Sequence record: NC_048045.1
Length of the DNA stretch: 64,000 nucleotides
Reading direction: 5' to 3' (one strand)
Shown piece after piece: positions 41,660 through 50,730 of this stretch. A program made the position numbers and the translations under genes. The notes below the pieces were generated by a model, which searched no databases, was not told where the DNA came from, and saw nothing but the letters and a program-made list of their open reading frames with translations. Every line of letters starts with the position of its first letter. The stretch's first letter is position 1.

Positions 41660-41946
41660 TCACCACCTTCCTACGCTGCACCCACCGCGACGCCGAGGGG
41701 CGTCGGTACCTGGAGTTCCGCGAGCCAGACCTCGTCCAGCGTCTCTATGTGCGCAAGCCGGCCGACGATTGGACCCAGGGCTACCCTATCGTCCTGGAGG
41801 ACTTCTACAGTGGCTCGCCCGGCGGCAAGACCCTCTTCCAGGCCGGCAAGCGCCGGGGCTGCGGCATCGGAGCGTTCTTTCGCGCCTACCCCGAGGTCTA
41901 CAGCCTCATCGTTTTGCGCCAGGAGGCACTCGATGCCCAGGTCTAA
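41656..41946 (+). CDS. Hypothetical protein
   Basis: TTGA overlap. Confidence 0.65.
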   Translation: MITTFLRCTHRDAEGRRYLEFREPDLVQRLYVRKPADDWTQGYPIVLEDFYSGSPGGKTLFQAGKRRGCGIGAFFRAYPEVYSLIVLRQEALDAQV

Positions 41947-42196
41947 GCGCCCCAACCTGCCGATCACCGTCGCCGACCTCAAGGCGTTCCTGGAGAAGTT
42001 CCCGGACGACATGAAGGTCGGCATCCGCGCCGGCGGCGGACGCTTCACTGGCTTCACCGAGGTCGAGGTCAAGAACCTCACCTCCTACGGCGCCGAGAAG
42101 GATCGCCTGACCATGGAGACCTCTCGCGGGGCCAACATCTTCAAAGGCTACAAGGGCAAGATTTCCGAGCCCTTCGACGCCCTGATCTTCGACTAG
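41933..42196 (+). CDS. Hypothetical protein
   Basis: Start MPRSKR with GGAGG RBS; ITVADLKAFLEKFPDDMKV. Confidence 0.7.
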   Translation: MPRSKRPNLPITVADLKAFLEKFPDDMKVGIRAGGGRFTGFTEVEVKNLTSYGAEKDRLTMETSRGANIFKGYKGKISEPFDALIFD

Positions 42197-42204
42197 GAGG
42201 GACC

Positions 42205-42459
42205 ATGAGCAATCGCGTTTGGATCGAACTCGAAAAGCCAAAGACGGCCGAGGAAGGCAAGGCGCGCGCCGCGCTTCTCTGCAAGATGCTCGGCCGGCTG
42301 GGCGTCGAGTTCGGCCGCTATCCCGCCGTGTTCTGGAGTGAGCGCGACGGCAACTACGCCTTCACCCTCGATGGCGGTGGCAGCTACGCCGTCTGCGAGG
42401 GCGCTGATCCTGGCCACTGGTACAACCTGGACTACATAGTGGAGGGGCTCGAAGCGTGA
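42205..42459 (+). CDS. Hypothetical protein
   Basis: GGAGGG RBS. Confidence 0.75.
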   Translation: MSNRVWIELEKPKTAEEGKARAALLCKMLGRLGVEFGRYPAVFWSERDGNYAFTLDGGGSYAVCEGADPGHWYNLDYIVEGLEA

Positions 42460-42854
42460 CCCAGGACACCTTCCCGCCGATCCGTTCCCGCGAAGCCAGG
42501 GACGAGGAAATCCATGGCTTCGTCGTCCGCTACGGCTGGTTCTGGAACGTGGTGATGCTGAACGGCGACATCCTGGCGTTCGACCCCGACGACGTCGATC
42601 CGTGCCGCTACGGCGTGACCGACAAGGACGCCTTCCGCAACCTCGCCGGCCCGGTCGAGACGATCGTCTCCTACGAGTGCGTCCAGGGCTGGCACGCCAA
42701 GGCCAAGCACCTGTCGGGCTGGACCGAGCGCCACGACGACCGCCTCGAAGCCCTGCGCACGGCCTATCGCCGGCTGGAGGCGCAGCGCGAGCGCAACTCC
42801 AAGGCTCTGGAGGAGCACGGCGGCATCTTCAAATTCCTGGAGAAGCAGGACTGA
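42456..42854 (+). CDS. Hypothetical protein
   Basis: GTGA overlap. Confidence 0.7.
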   Translation: MTQDTFPPIRSREARDEEIHGFVVRYGWFWNVVMLNGDILAFDPDDVDPCRYGVTDKDAFRNLAGPVETIVSYECVQGWHAKAKHLSGWTERHDDRLEALRTAYRRLEAQRERNSKALEEHGGIFKFLEKQD

Positions 42855-42855
42855 C

Positions 42856-43047
42856 GTGCTGACCAACGAGGAGATCACCTTCGCGGGCCTGATCCGGGCC
42901 ATGGAGGACGCCCGCCGCGAAGCCCGCGCGGTGGGCGATCTCCTCAAGTCCGCCGAGATCGACGGCTGGTTCAAGGAGCACGCGCCGATCATCCGGGCGA
43001 TCCGCGACAAGGCCGAAGCCGACGAATTCGACAATCCGTTGGCGTGA
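42856..43047 (+). CDS. Hypothetical protein
   Basis: ORF in string. Confidence 0.65.
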   Translation: MLTNEEITFAGLIRAMEDARREARAVGDLLKSAEIDGWFKEHAPIIRAIRDKAEADEFDNPLA

Positions 43048-43105
43048 GAGTGTTGACAGCCTCGCCGCGCCCGGTTAAAAGCCTCCTCGACGACAACGCA
43101 AGGAG
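43038..43105 (+). promoter_or_regulatory. Phage promoter family member
   Basis: TGGCG-N6-TGTTGACA-N17-TAAAAG-N7-GACGACAAC-AGGAG. Confidence 0.85.
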
Positions 43106-43111
43106 CCTGTC

Positions 43112-44275
43112 TTGACCGATTTCCCGATCATCCGCGCCGCCATCGAAGGCCGCCGCGCCGCCGCGTTCGACACGATGCTGGCCAATGCCGACGCCTTCGC
43201 CGCCGAGGGCGTGCTGATCAAGGCCGAGTTCGAGGACATCAAGGGCGTCTTCACCCGCTGCATCGACGCGGCCTGGGAGGTCGTGCGCAAACGCTACTTC
43301 TTCATCGACCACGCCCTGCGCACCAAGGAAGTCGAGGACCTCTTCTGGAGCTTCTCGATCCCCTACCCGCACGTCCTGCCGGGCTACCTGAAGAAGACCC
43401 TGGCGGCCAAGAACATCCCGTCCAACGTCCGCGAGGACCTCGTGGCCCTGTTCAACGAGGGCATCGCCCTCAACGACAAGCTGGTGGCGCTCAAGCCCCT
43501 GATCGGCAAGCGCGCGCCCAAGAAGACCAAGGTCGAGATCGAGCGCGAGGGCAAGGAGCGCACCTGCCAAATCTGCGGTCGCGGCATCCTGGCCGAGGGC
43601 GGCACCATCGCCCACCACGGCTATACCCGTCCCGGCTACGGCTGGCAGACCGCCTCCTGCTCAGGCGCCCGCGAGGTCCCGTTCGAGATCAGCCGCGACG
43701 AACTGCGCAAGGAGATCGAGGCCCTCAAGGCGTGGCGCGTGCGCAAACTCGCCGAGCGCGCCCGGATCGAGGCCGAGGAAGTCAAGCTGGTGCTGAAGTA
43801 TCAGGTCTCCGAGCAGGACCCGCGCCGCGCGCAGGGCTTCAAGCTGACCGTCGATCGCCAGATCGAAGTCACCCGCGACACCTTCGAGGCCCTGAAGGTC
43901 TCCACGCCCGAGGCCTTCTCGGGCAAGTACAACCCCCGCAAGGAGGGCAAGTACACCTACGAGGCCCTGACCTTCGATGGTCTCAAGACCCAAGCCATCG
44001 GCATGGTCGACATCGAGATCGGCCGCCTGGACACTGACATCCTCCGCCAGCAGGCCCGCTATGACGGCTGGACCCAGAAGGCGATCTTTGGCGCCGGCCG
44101 CTATTGGTTCATCGGCGAGACGGTCCGCGTCCCCGGCGGCGACACCGGCAAGATCAAGGGCTTCTACCAGCACGTCCCGCCGCAGCCCGGCGACATCGCC
44201 GGCGGCCTCTACCTGGAGCAGGAAGCCGGCGGCCACAAGTCCTGGAACGTGGCCGAACTGGAAGCGGTGGGCTGA
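43112..44275 (+). CDS. Hypothetical protein with Zn-binding-like motif
   Basis: TCQICGR..IAHHGYTRPGYGWQTASCSG. Confidence 0.8.
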   Translation: MTDFPIIRAAIEGRRAAAFDTMLANADAFAAEGVLIKAEFEDIKGVFTRCIDAAWEVVRKRYFFIDHALRTKEVEDLFWSFSIPYPHVLPGYLKKTLAAKNIPSNVREDLVALFNEGIALNDKLVALKPLIGKRAPKKTKVEIEREGKERTCQICGRGILAEGGTIAHHGYTRPGYGWQTASCSGAREVPFEISRDELRKEIEALKAWRVRKLAERARIEAEEVKLVLKYQVSEQDPRRAQGFKLTVDRQIEVTRDTFEALKVSTPEAFSGKYNPRKEGKYTYEALTFDGLKTQAIGMVDIEIGRLDTDILRQQARYDGWTQKAIFGAGRYWFIGETVRVPGGDTGKIKGFYQHVPPQPGDIAGGLYLEQEAGGHKSWNVAELEAVG

Positions 44276-44676
44276 TGCGCTTCGTCTCCCAGACCCAACC
44301 CTATTGCCGCTGCTGTGGCAAGCCGATCAAGAAGTTCACGACCCGCCTGACGTTCGGCAAGCGCGAGTACAAGGACCACGGCTGGTCGATCGACCGCACT
44401 GAAAAGCCGATGTCGAAGGAGGAACTCCAGCGCGCCGTCAACGGGAAGATCATCTCGTTCTCGTGGGATCACGATACGACCTATGGCGCCGACTATCAGC
44501 CCATCCGCACGAAGACCCACATTGGCGAGGCCAATGTCTGGGACGGCGAGACCTACGAGGCGGAGTTCTTCTGCACCCTGCGGTGCGCCGCCGCTTTCGG
44601 CGAGATGGCCGCCCGTGAATATCCGGGCCTCCACACCCAGACCTACGCTGACGCCATGAGAAAGAGGGAGGGCTAA
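44275..44676 (+). CDS. Hypothetical Cys-containing protein
   Basis: Start MRFVSQ; CRCCGK..FCTLRCA. Confidence 0.75.
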   Translation: MRFVSQTQPYCRCCGKPIKKFTTRLTFGKREYKDHGWSIDRTEKPMSKEELQRAVNGKIISFSWDHDTTYGADYQPIRTKTHIGEANVWDGETYEAEFFCTLRCAAAFGEMAAREYPGLHTQTYADAMRKREG

Positions 44677-45398
44677 TGTCCGACGAGATCAGGAAGACCC
44701 ACGAAGCCTTCGGCGTGATCGGCTACAGCCACACCCAGGGCGACACCGATCTGGTCGGCGTCGACTACGCCCAAGGGCACTACGTGTCCCTGACGATCAA
44801 GACGGCGATCGCCTACGAGGGCGAGACGCATGATCGCTTCCACGGCGACAAGTACATCTGCAAGGTGTCGATGAGCGAGGTCCAGTGGGCCTCCTTCATC
44901 GCCAACCCCAATCGGGGCGACGGCGTGCCCTGCACCTTGCAGTTCTACCGTGACCCGCTGACCGGCGAGGCCAAGCAGCCCAAGTACATGCGCGAGCGCC
45001 TGACCCGCATCGACCGCACCCGCGAGGCCGTCACCGCCCGCGCCAAGGCCCTGTCGACCAAGGTCAAGGAAGCGCAGGCCGAACTCCAGCGGCTGATGGA
45101 CGGCGGACCGATCAAGAAGGGCGACCTCAAAGCGCTCAAGGACCTGCTCTACTTCGCCAACCAGGACATGGACATGAACCTGGGCTACTTCGTCGAGCGG
45201 GTCGAGGAGACCATCGACAAGGCGGTGGTCGACGCCAAGGCCCAGGTCGACGCTCACGTCGATTTCGTGGTCCGGGAACTGGGCGTGCGCGCCCTGGGCT
45301 CGCGGCTGCAAGCAGCGATCGACGCAGGCCATGAGCCGGGCGCGGTCGGCCAAGCCCTGCTTGACGCGATAGCCCCGCCCCAGGAGCCGCCGACGTGA
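44676..45398 (+). CDS. Hypothetical phage protein
   Basis: VSMSEVQWASFIANPNRGDGVPCTL; helical C-terminus. Confidence 0.8.
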   Translation: MSDEIRKTHEAFGVIGYSHTQGDTDLVGVDYAQGHYVSLTIKTAIAYEGETHDRFHGDKYICKVSMSEVQWASFIANPNRGDGVPCTLQFYRDPLTGEAKQPKYMRERLTRIDRTREAVTARAKALSTKVKEAQAELQRLMDGGPIKKGDLKALKDLLYFANQDMDMNLGYFVERVEETIDKAVVDAKAQVDAHVDFVVRELGVRALGSRLQAAIDAGHEPGAVGQALLDAIAPPQEPPT

Positions 45399-45637
45399 GG
45401 ACACCCCGCTTCCTGAACCGCTGGCGCGACGGCGACATCGCCGAGGAAAAGGCCTTCCAGACCAAGGGGCTGGCCTTCGCCCATGCCGCGCGCATCGCCA
45501 GCCGCCTGGGCGAGATCGTTCGTGTCGAGCACCAGGAACCCATCAGCCAAGCCTCCCCGAACTGGGCGGTGGTCGAGAAGTGGTCCTTCCACCCCGACGG
45601 CCGCATGACCCGTGACCTCAAGAAGGAAGTCCTATGA
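45395..45637 (+). CDS. Hypothetical protein
   Basis: GTGA overlap. Confidence 0.65.
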   Translation: MRTPRFLNRWRDGDIAEEKAFQTKGLAFAHAARIASRLGEIVRVEHQEPISQASPNWAVVEKWSFHPDGRMTRDLKKEVL

Positions 45638-46128
45638 CCCGCAGCACCGCCGAAATCATCGCCCGCATCGAGGCCCTGGAGAACGACCTCTCGGACTTCT
45701 TCGGCTTCCAGAAGGGCGATCTGATCTGCTACCTGCCGTTCGACGACGCCAAGCGCTGGCTCAACGACAAGGCCTCGGCCGACGCCTGGGAGCCGAACGT
45801 CAACACGCCCGAGGCGATCAAGTCGTCGATCTACGACTACATGTCGTTCGCCTGGGACAAGGCCAACAACTGCCGGGGGCTGTCGGCCGGTCGCTCCATC
45901 GACCACATGAAGGCGTGGCTCTGGCTGCTGGGCGAAGACGAGGCGTGGGTCGAGGCCCTGCGGCTCGACAACTACAACATGTACGGCAAGCCCCAGCTTC
46001 GTGCGATCTGCGAGCGCTTCGGTTGGGACTGGACCAAATGGGATGACGGGTCCTGGACCAACAGCGAAGGCGAGGCCGGATACGGCCCTGATCAAGTCCC
46101 GCGCGTCGGCGTCGTCGAGCCGGCCTAA
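45634..46128 (+). CDS. Hypothetical protein
   Basis: FAWDKANNCRGLSAGRS..YGKPQLRAICE. Confidence 0.8.
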   Translation: MTRSTAEIIARIEALENDLSDFFGFQKGDLICYLPFDDAKRWLNDKASADAWEPNVNTPEAIKSSIYDYMSFAWDKANNCRGLSAGRSIDHMKAWLWLLGEDEAWVEALRLDNYNMYGKPQLRAICERFGWDWTKWDDGSWTNSEGEAGYGPDQVPRVGVVEPA

Positions 46129-46135
46129 ACACTCC

Positions 46136-46212
46136 GCTGGCGTTAGAGTGTTGACAGTCGTCGGGGCCTCCTCTATAGACACGCTCGACGACAACGAGGA
46201 GGCCCCGATGAC
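46136..46212 (+). promoter_or_regulatory. Phage promoter whose 17-nt spacer is antisense to the downstream RBS and start codon
   Basis: TGGCG-N6-TGTTGACA-GTCGTCGGGGCCTCCTC-TATAGA-N7-GACGACAAC-GAGGAGGCCCCGATGAC. Confidence 0.9.
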
Positions 46213-47989
46213 CACCGAGACCATGACCCTGAGCTTCCGGATCGAAGGCGCTGCGCTCGTTGAGCGCGCCCGCGATCGCGTCATCGAAGGCAACTGGGAG
46301 CACGGCCTGCGCATCCTCGTCGAGGGTCTGCACGGCATGACCTATGACTACGCCATCGACATCCTCAGGGGCAAATACACGCTGGGCGGCTGGTCCTCGG
46401 ACCCCGAGGGCGTCTATCTCGCCGACCAGGACCCCGAGGACGAGACCTTCAGGCGCTACAAGGAGACCTTCGACTACCAGTTCGGCGCCGTCCTGAAGAT
46501 GGACGATGGTCGCATCATGCGGCCCTACGCGGTGGTCGACAGCTACTCCAAACTCGATTTCGATTCGCGCGTGCGCCACCTGCGCCTAGCCCCCGGCTCG
46601 GACCCGGTCCACGTCCGTCCCAAGCGGTTCCGTGACGTGCGCGCCGAACTCGATGGCGAGCAGATCGACTGGGCCTATCGCTCGCTCCACTACGCCGACA
46701 ACCCGACCCAGGACATCGCCAAGCTGGTGACGCTGGACGGATATCACCCGACCCACCGGATGGTCGTGCTGTTCGAAGAGGTCCGGGACTACCCCAAGCT
46801 CCTGAAGCCGTCGGTCGAGACCGACGCCCAGAAGGTGGTCGATCTGGCCCTAAAGTGCGGGCGCGGGCTCAACAAGCGCGGGCACATCTACGATCACGGC
46901 GAGCCGGGCGTGACGGACGAGTACATGTACGGCACGACCAAGACGGTCGACAACGTCCCCGGCGCCTGGACCCTGCGGAACCCGAACTACATCGCCCCCG
47001 CCACCGCGAGCCTGACCGAGGCTGTCGCCGGCGCCAACAAGGTCTCGGCCGTCAAGGCGATCGAAGCCGTCGGCGGCCCTATGGACGAGGTCGGAGCCAT
47101 GAACCGGCTGATCAAGGATCAGGTCGACGAGGGCATGACCATCAGCGCGGCCATCGACATCGCCCGCGCCCGCATGGCTCTCATGGGCGGCATGGCCGAG
47201 GACCCAGAGCAGCGCCTGCGGGCGATCAACGACGCCTACGCCGCCAAGTATGAGCGGGCCGAGGGCCGCAGCGTCGAGGAGTACCGCAAGGCCATCCTCG
47301 CCCAGGCCGGCGACGACTTCTTCGATCTCGCGTACACGGATGTCGACGGCAAGGACGTCGTCCTGAAGGTCCCGACCGCGCCGTTCGAGCAATGGGCTCT
47401 GTGGCGCACGGCCGGCTCCCACCTCGCCAAGCCTTGGAAGCGGGTGACCTACACCGGCTTCAAGATGTTCGGCGATGATCCCTACCACACCGACTGGGTG
47501 CTGGGCGCGGGGCTCAATCCCGAGGACTGGCCGATCGTGGAGAGCGACAACCCGCCGCTCCACAAGGCCGCCTGGGACAAGCGCTTCCAGCTTGCCGAGG
47601 AAAAGCTGGGCGGCAACATGCGCGTCCTGCTTGGCAAGGGCTTCGTGACCGGCAAGATCGTGATGCTCAAGCCGGGCGAGACCCTATCGCCGGGCGAGAT
47701 CGGCGTGATCCGCAACGCCGGCCCCGACTTCGTCCAGGCCGCCCAGAGCGCGATCGAGCACAACACCGCCCTGATCTGCGAGAATGGCGGCAGCGTCGCC
47801 CACCTCGTGGTCGAGTACCTGGACAAGCCGCTGCGCCTGACCCGGATCGAGAACGCCCGCAAGATTTTCAAGGACGGCATGACCGTCTACCTCGACTTCG
47901 ACAAGTCGACGCGCACGATCGCCAAAGGCGGCCTGGGGCCGAGCCCCGCCGACCTGGGCCTGGACTCCGAATGGGAGATTGAAGAGTGA
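46208..47989 (+). CDS. Large protein with C-terminal PEP-utiliser swivelling phospho-His domain
   Basis: GKGFVTGKI..GEIGVIRNAGPDF..ALICENGGSVAHLVV..DGMTVYLD; start MTTETM. Confidence 0.75.
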   Translation: MTTETMTLSFRIEGAALVERARDRVIEGNWEHGLRILVEGLHGMTYDYAIDILRGKYTLGGWSSDPEGVYLADQDPEDETFRRYKETFDYQFGAVLKMDDGRIMRPYAVVDSYSKLDFDSRVRHLRLAPGSDPVHVRPKRFRDVRAELDGEQIDWAYRSLHYADNPTQDIAKLVTLDGYHPTHRMVVLFEEVRDYPKLLKPSVETDAQKVVDLALKCGRGLNKRGHIYDHGEPGVTDEYMYGTTKTVDNVPGAWTLRNPNYIAPATASLTEAVAGANKVSAVKAIEAVGGPMDEVGAMNRLIKDQVDEGMTISAAIDIARARMALMGGMAEDPEQRLRAINDAYAAKYERAEGRSVEEYRKAILAQAGDDFFDLAYTDVDGKDVVLKVPTAPFEQWALWRTAGSHLAKPWKRVTYTGFKMFGDDPYHTDWVLGAGLNPEDWPIVESDNPPLHKAAWDKRFQLAEEKLGGNMRVLLGKGFVTGKIVMLKPGETLSPGEIGVIRNAGPDFVQAAQSAIEHNTALICENGGSVAHLVVEYLDKPLRLTRIENARKIFKDGMTVYLDFDKSTRTIAKGGLGPSPADLGLDSEWEIEE

Positions 47990-48279
47990 ACGACCTGACC
48001 CTGACCCTGGTGGGCTCCGACGCCCAGGACCGTTTCGCCGTCGAGACCCGCGTGGCTGACGTGCCGGGCGGCAAGCTCTACATCACCACGGCGCATGCCG
48101 GCGAGAACTCCGAGGCCATCTCGGTCGCCCAGGCCTTCGTGCCGAACCCGCCGCCGCAATTCACCGTGCAGGTCACCGACGAGGACCTGCGCGCGCTCGC
48201 CGAGTGCAGGGACGTCGCCAGGGCGCGCAGCCTGTTCCGGGGCATCCTCAAGGCGCACGGCCTGGATATCGTGGCCTGA
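47986..48279 (+). CDS. Hypothetical protein
   Basis: GTGA overlap. Confidence 0.7.
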   Translation: MNDLTLTLVGSDAQDRFAVETRVADVPGGKLYITTAHAGENSEAISVAQAFVPNPPPQFTVQVTDEDLRALAECRDVARARSLFRGILKAHGLDIVA

Positions 48280-48458
48280 TGCCGCTCTACAGCTTCAAGG
48301 CCACGGTCACCTATCACGACGAGGTCGTCATCGACGCCGAGGACGAAGACCACGCGCGCGAACTGGTGGCGGAGACGGGCTTCACCGGAAGCCACATCGT
48401 CAGCCACGACGCCGACCTCGACCCCGAGATCAAACTCCACCTGGACGAGGAGGACTGA
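48279..48458 (+). CDS. Small acidic hypothetical protein
   Basis: MPLYSFKATVTYHDEVVIDAEDEDHARE. Confidence 0.7.
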   Translation: MPLYSFKATVTYHDEVVIDAEDEDHARELVAETGFTGSHIVSHDADLDPEIKLHLDEED

Positions 48459-48459
48459 C

Positions 48460-48966
48460 ATGGCCGACTTCAGCAAAGCCCGCCGCACCATGGAGGCGTC
48501 CGACATCGTCGATCGCCTGAAAGCTCTCCACGACCTGGAAGATGCGCGCGACCACCCAGACGAGGAGACCAAGACCGTCCTCAAGGAGGCGGCGATCCAC
48601 ATCGGCCTGTGGCATGATCAGGCCCGGCTCAATGACGACCTCGCAAAAGCTGCGTTGGCGCACGCCAACGTCTACAAGACCATCGCCCTTACGGCTTCCC
48701 AGGAGCCCAACTTTAAGCGCGCGGCGTCGCAACTTGCCCTCGTGGAAATGTACGCTGATCAGCTTCGGGTCAGCGTCAATACATTCCAGCGGGTGATGGA
48801 CGAAGCTGGCCTCCTTTCAGGGCCGGAGGGGCGCAAGGCCTATGAGATCATCATGAAGCACCTCCAACATGATCTTGCAGGCGTGAAGGGCATGTCGATC
48901 CGCTATAATGTCCGCGCCGCCGTCGAGGCGCTGCGCGGCTTGCCCGCCAAGGAGCCGGAAGCTTGA
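48460..48966 (+). CDS. Hypothetical helical protein
   Basis: GAGGAG RBS; weaker codon bias in the 3' half. Confidence 0.7.
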   Translation: MADFSKARRTMEASDIVDRLKALHDLEDARDHPDEETKTVLKEAAIHIGLWHDQARLNDDLAKAALAHANVYKTIALTASQEPNFKRAASQLALVEMYADQLRVSVNTFQRVMDEAGLLSGPEGRKAYEIIMKHLQHDLAGVKGMSIRYNVRAAVEALRGLPAKEPEA

Positions 48967-49175
48967 GCCGCCGCTACACCGGCCCGCGCTTCTGGATCGC
49001 CGAGGACGGCCACGTCCATCAAATCCAGGACGGCGTCACCAACGTCGTCGCCACCCTGACCAAGGACGAGATGAGCCGGCTGCGCAAGTGCGGCTGGAAC
49101 ATCGGCTCGTCCACCCGACGCTACGCCCACAACCCCGCCACCGTCCTGCGCAACGCCCTGGGAGCCGCCCGATGA
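48963..49175 (+). CDS. Hypothetical protein
   Basis: TTGA overlap. Confidence 0.65.
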   Translation: MSRRYTGPRFWIAEDGHVHQIQDGVTNVVATLTKDEMSRLRKCGWNIGSSTRRYAHNPATVLRNALGAAR

Positions 49176-49741
49176 TCGATCCGAAAGCCAGCCTCGCCCA
49201 GCAGACCGAGTCGTTCCTGGGCGACGGCCGCGCGCTCGCCGAGGTCTGTCAGCGCGAGGGCACCTACAATCTCGCCGACCAGACCCTGGCCTACATCGCC
49301 GACGCCGAGACGATCATCGAGGCCCAGCGCAAGCGCATCACCCAGTTCCAGGAGGAGAAGCTGCGCAACTGGGGCACCAACAACGCCTACCTGCGGGTGA
49401 TCCAGGAATTCATCGCCGGCCGGGCGAACCCCCACCTCAAGGCCCTGCAAGACCTGGGCGGCATGACGATCGTCCAGGGCCGGCATCTCCAGCAGACCAT
49501 CGACAAATTCAACGCGACCCTGCGGGCCGAAGGCATCTCCGGAAAGGAGTTGACCGGCAAGGGTAAGCGCCTGATCGACCTCGTCGAGTTCTTCGTCTTC
49601 CACGAAATCCATCGCATCGCATGGTACATCGAGAAGTTCGTGGGCCGCGACATCCATCTGGCGGTGGCGGGGCTGACGCCGGCCGATATCAAGGACCTTC
49701 CAAACCCAGAGCCGCCGCAGCCCCAGGAGATGCCGTCGTGA
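49172..49741 (+). CDS. Hypothetical protein
   Basis: Start MIDPKA; ATGA overlap. Confidence 0.75.
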   Translation: MIDPKASLAQQTESFLGDGRALAEVCQREGTYNLADQTLAYIADAETIIEAQRKRITQFQEEKLRNWGTNNAYLRVIQEFIAGRANPHLKALQDLGGMTIVQGRHLQQTIDKFNATLRAEGISGKELTGKGKRLIDLVEFFVFHEIHRIAWYIEKFVGRDIHLAVAGLTPADIKDLPNPEPPQPQEMPS

Positions 49742-49965
49742 TCGATCACGTCTACCGCCGCGATCCGCGCGGCAAGGACTACGGCGTCCAGCGGATGGAC
49801 CTGGGCGAGGCCCTGGCGGTGGTCGCCGCCGAGAAGCAGGACTTTCTCCTGCGGCTCGTCGAGGTCCTGCACGAGAACAATCTCCTGCGCGACGCAGACG
49901 TCCTGGAATTGCTCGGCAAGGGCTGGGGCCTGGAGGCCTACGACGTCCTGTACGAAGACGATTGA
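49738..49965 (+). CDS. Hypothetical protein
   Basis: GTG start MIDHVY. Confidence 0.65.
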   Translation: MIDHVYRRDPRGKDYGVQRMDLGEALAVVAAEKQDFLLRLVEVLHENNLLRDADVLELLGKGWGLEAYDVLYEDD

Positions 49966-50014
49966 CAACACTCTCGCGCCAGCATAGAGGTGTCTCCGAC
50001 GACAACGAAGGAGG
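49962..50014 (+). promoter_or_regulatory. Phage promoter with inverted TGGCG site in the spacer
   Basis: TTGACA-ACACTCTCGCGCCAGCA-TAGAGG-N7-GACGACAAC-GGAGG. Confidence 0.85.
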
Positions 50015-50019
50015 CTTCC

Positions 50020-50391
50020 GTGAAGCTCGCGACCCAAGACCGGACCGATCCCCGCCTGAACGCCGACTACCGCCTGATCAAGGCGGTCTTCTACTACGGC
50101 GGCCCGGCCGAGTACCCGATCCACCTGGACGAACGCTGGAGCGCGGTGACGCCGGCCCAGGTCGAGGACCAGATTTCGGCCCTCTGCCGCGATCTCGCCA
50201 AGTGCTCGGGCAACACCCTGGCGCCGGCGACCTTCTACGAGCGCGCCAAGCTGAGCTTCGCCGAGGTCCCGCCGGTGTCCGACGAGTTCTGGGGCCTGAT
50301 CTCCGAGACCACCAAGCAGAACATCCTCGCCATGAAGGATCGCTTCACGGTCCACGGCAGCGGCTTCCTCCTGTCCTGGGCCAAGGCCTGA
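50020..50391 (+). CDS. Hypothetical protein
   Basis: GTG start MKLATQ after GGAGG. Confidence 0.75.
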   Translation: MKLATQDRTDPRLNADYRLIKAVFYYGGPAEYPIHLDERWSAVTPAQVEDQISALCRDLAKCSGNTLAPATFYERAKLSFAEVPPVSDEFWGLISETTKQNILAMKDRFTVHGSGFLLSWAKA

Positions 50392-50729
50392 TGTGCCATC
50401 TGGCCCACACCCAGGGATGCCGCGAGTGCCCGTTCAAGCGCGCCGCCGCGCCCGGCTGGCTCGGCGCTGACACCCCGGAGGGTTTCCTGCGCGCGACCAT
50501 GTCGGGCAGCGTCCAGATGCCCTGCCACATGACCGTCGACTACGAGGCCGACGACTGGCGCGAGCAGGCGGCCGACGCGCCGTTCTGCGCCGGTGCCCTG
50601 ATCTTCCTCAAGAACATCTGCAACCTGCCGCATGATCCGGTGATCGTCGCGGCCCGCGCGCAGGTCGAACCCAACCGCGAAGACTACTTCGCCCGCCCGG
50701 ACGAGTTCCTGGCCCATCACGGAGGCTGA
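50391..50729 (+). CDS. Cys/His-rich protein (DUF6283-like)
   Basis: CRECPFK..MPCHMT..FCAGALIF. Confidence 0.7.
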   Translation: MCHLAHTQGCRECPFKRAAAPGWLGADTPEGFLRATMSGSVQMPCHMTVDYEADDWREQAADAPFCAGALIFLKNICNLPHDPVIVAARAQVEPNREDYFARPDEFLAHHGG

Positions 50730-50730
50730 C

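Noticed and set aside
43038-43058. TGGCG box as a sigma54 -24/-12 promoter
   Set aside because: Sigma54 needs GG-N10-GC; here those positions read TT, and a TTGACA/-10 pair is present instead.
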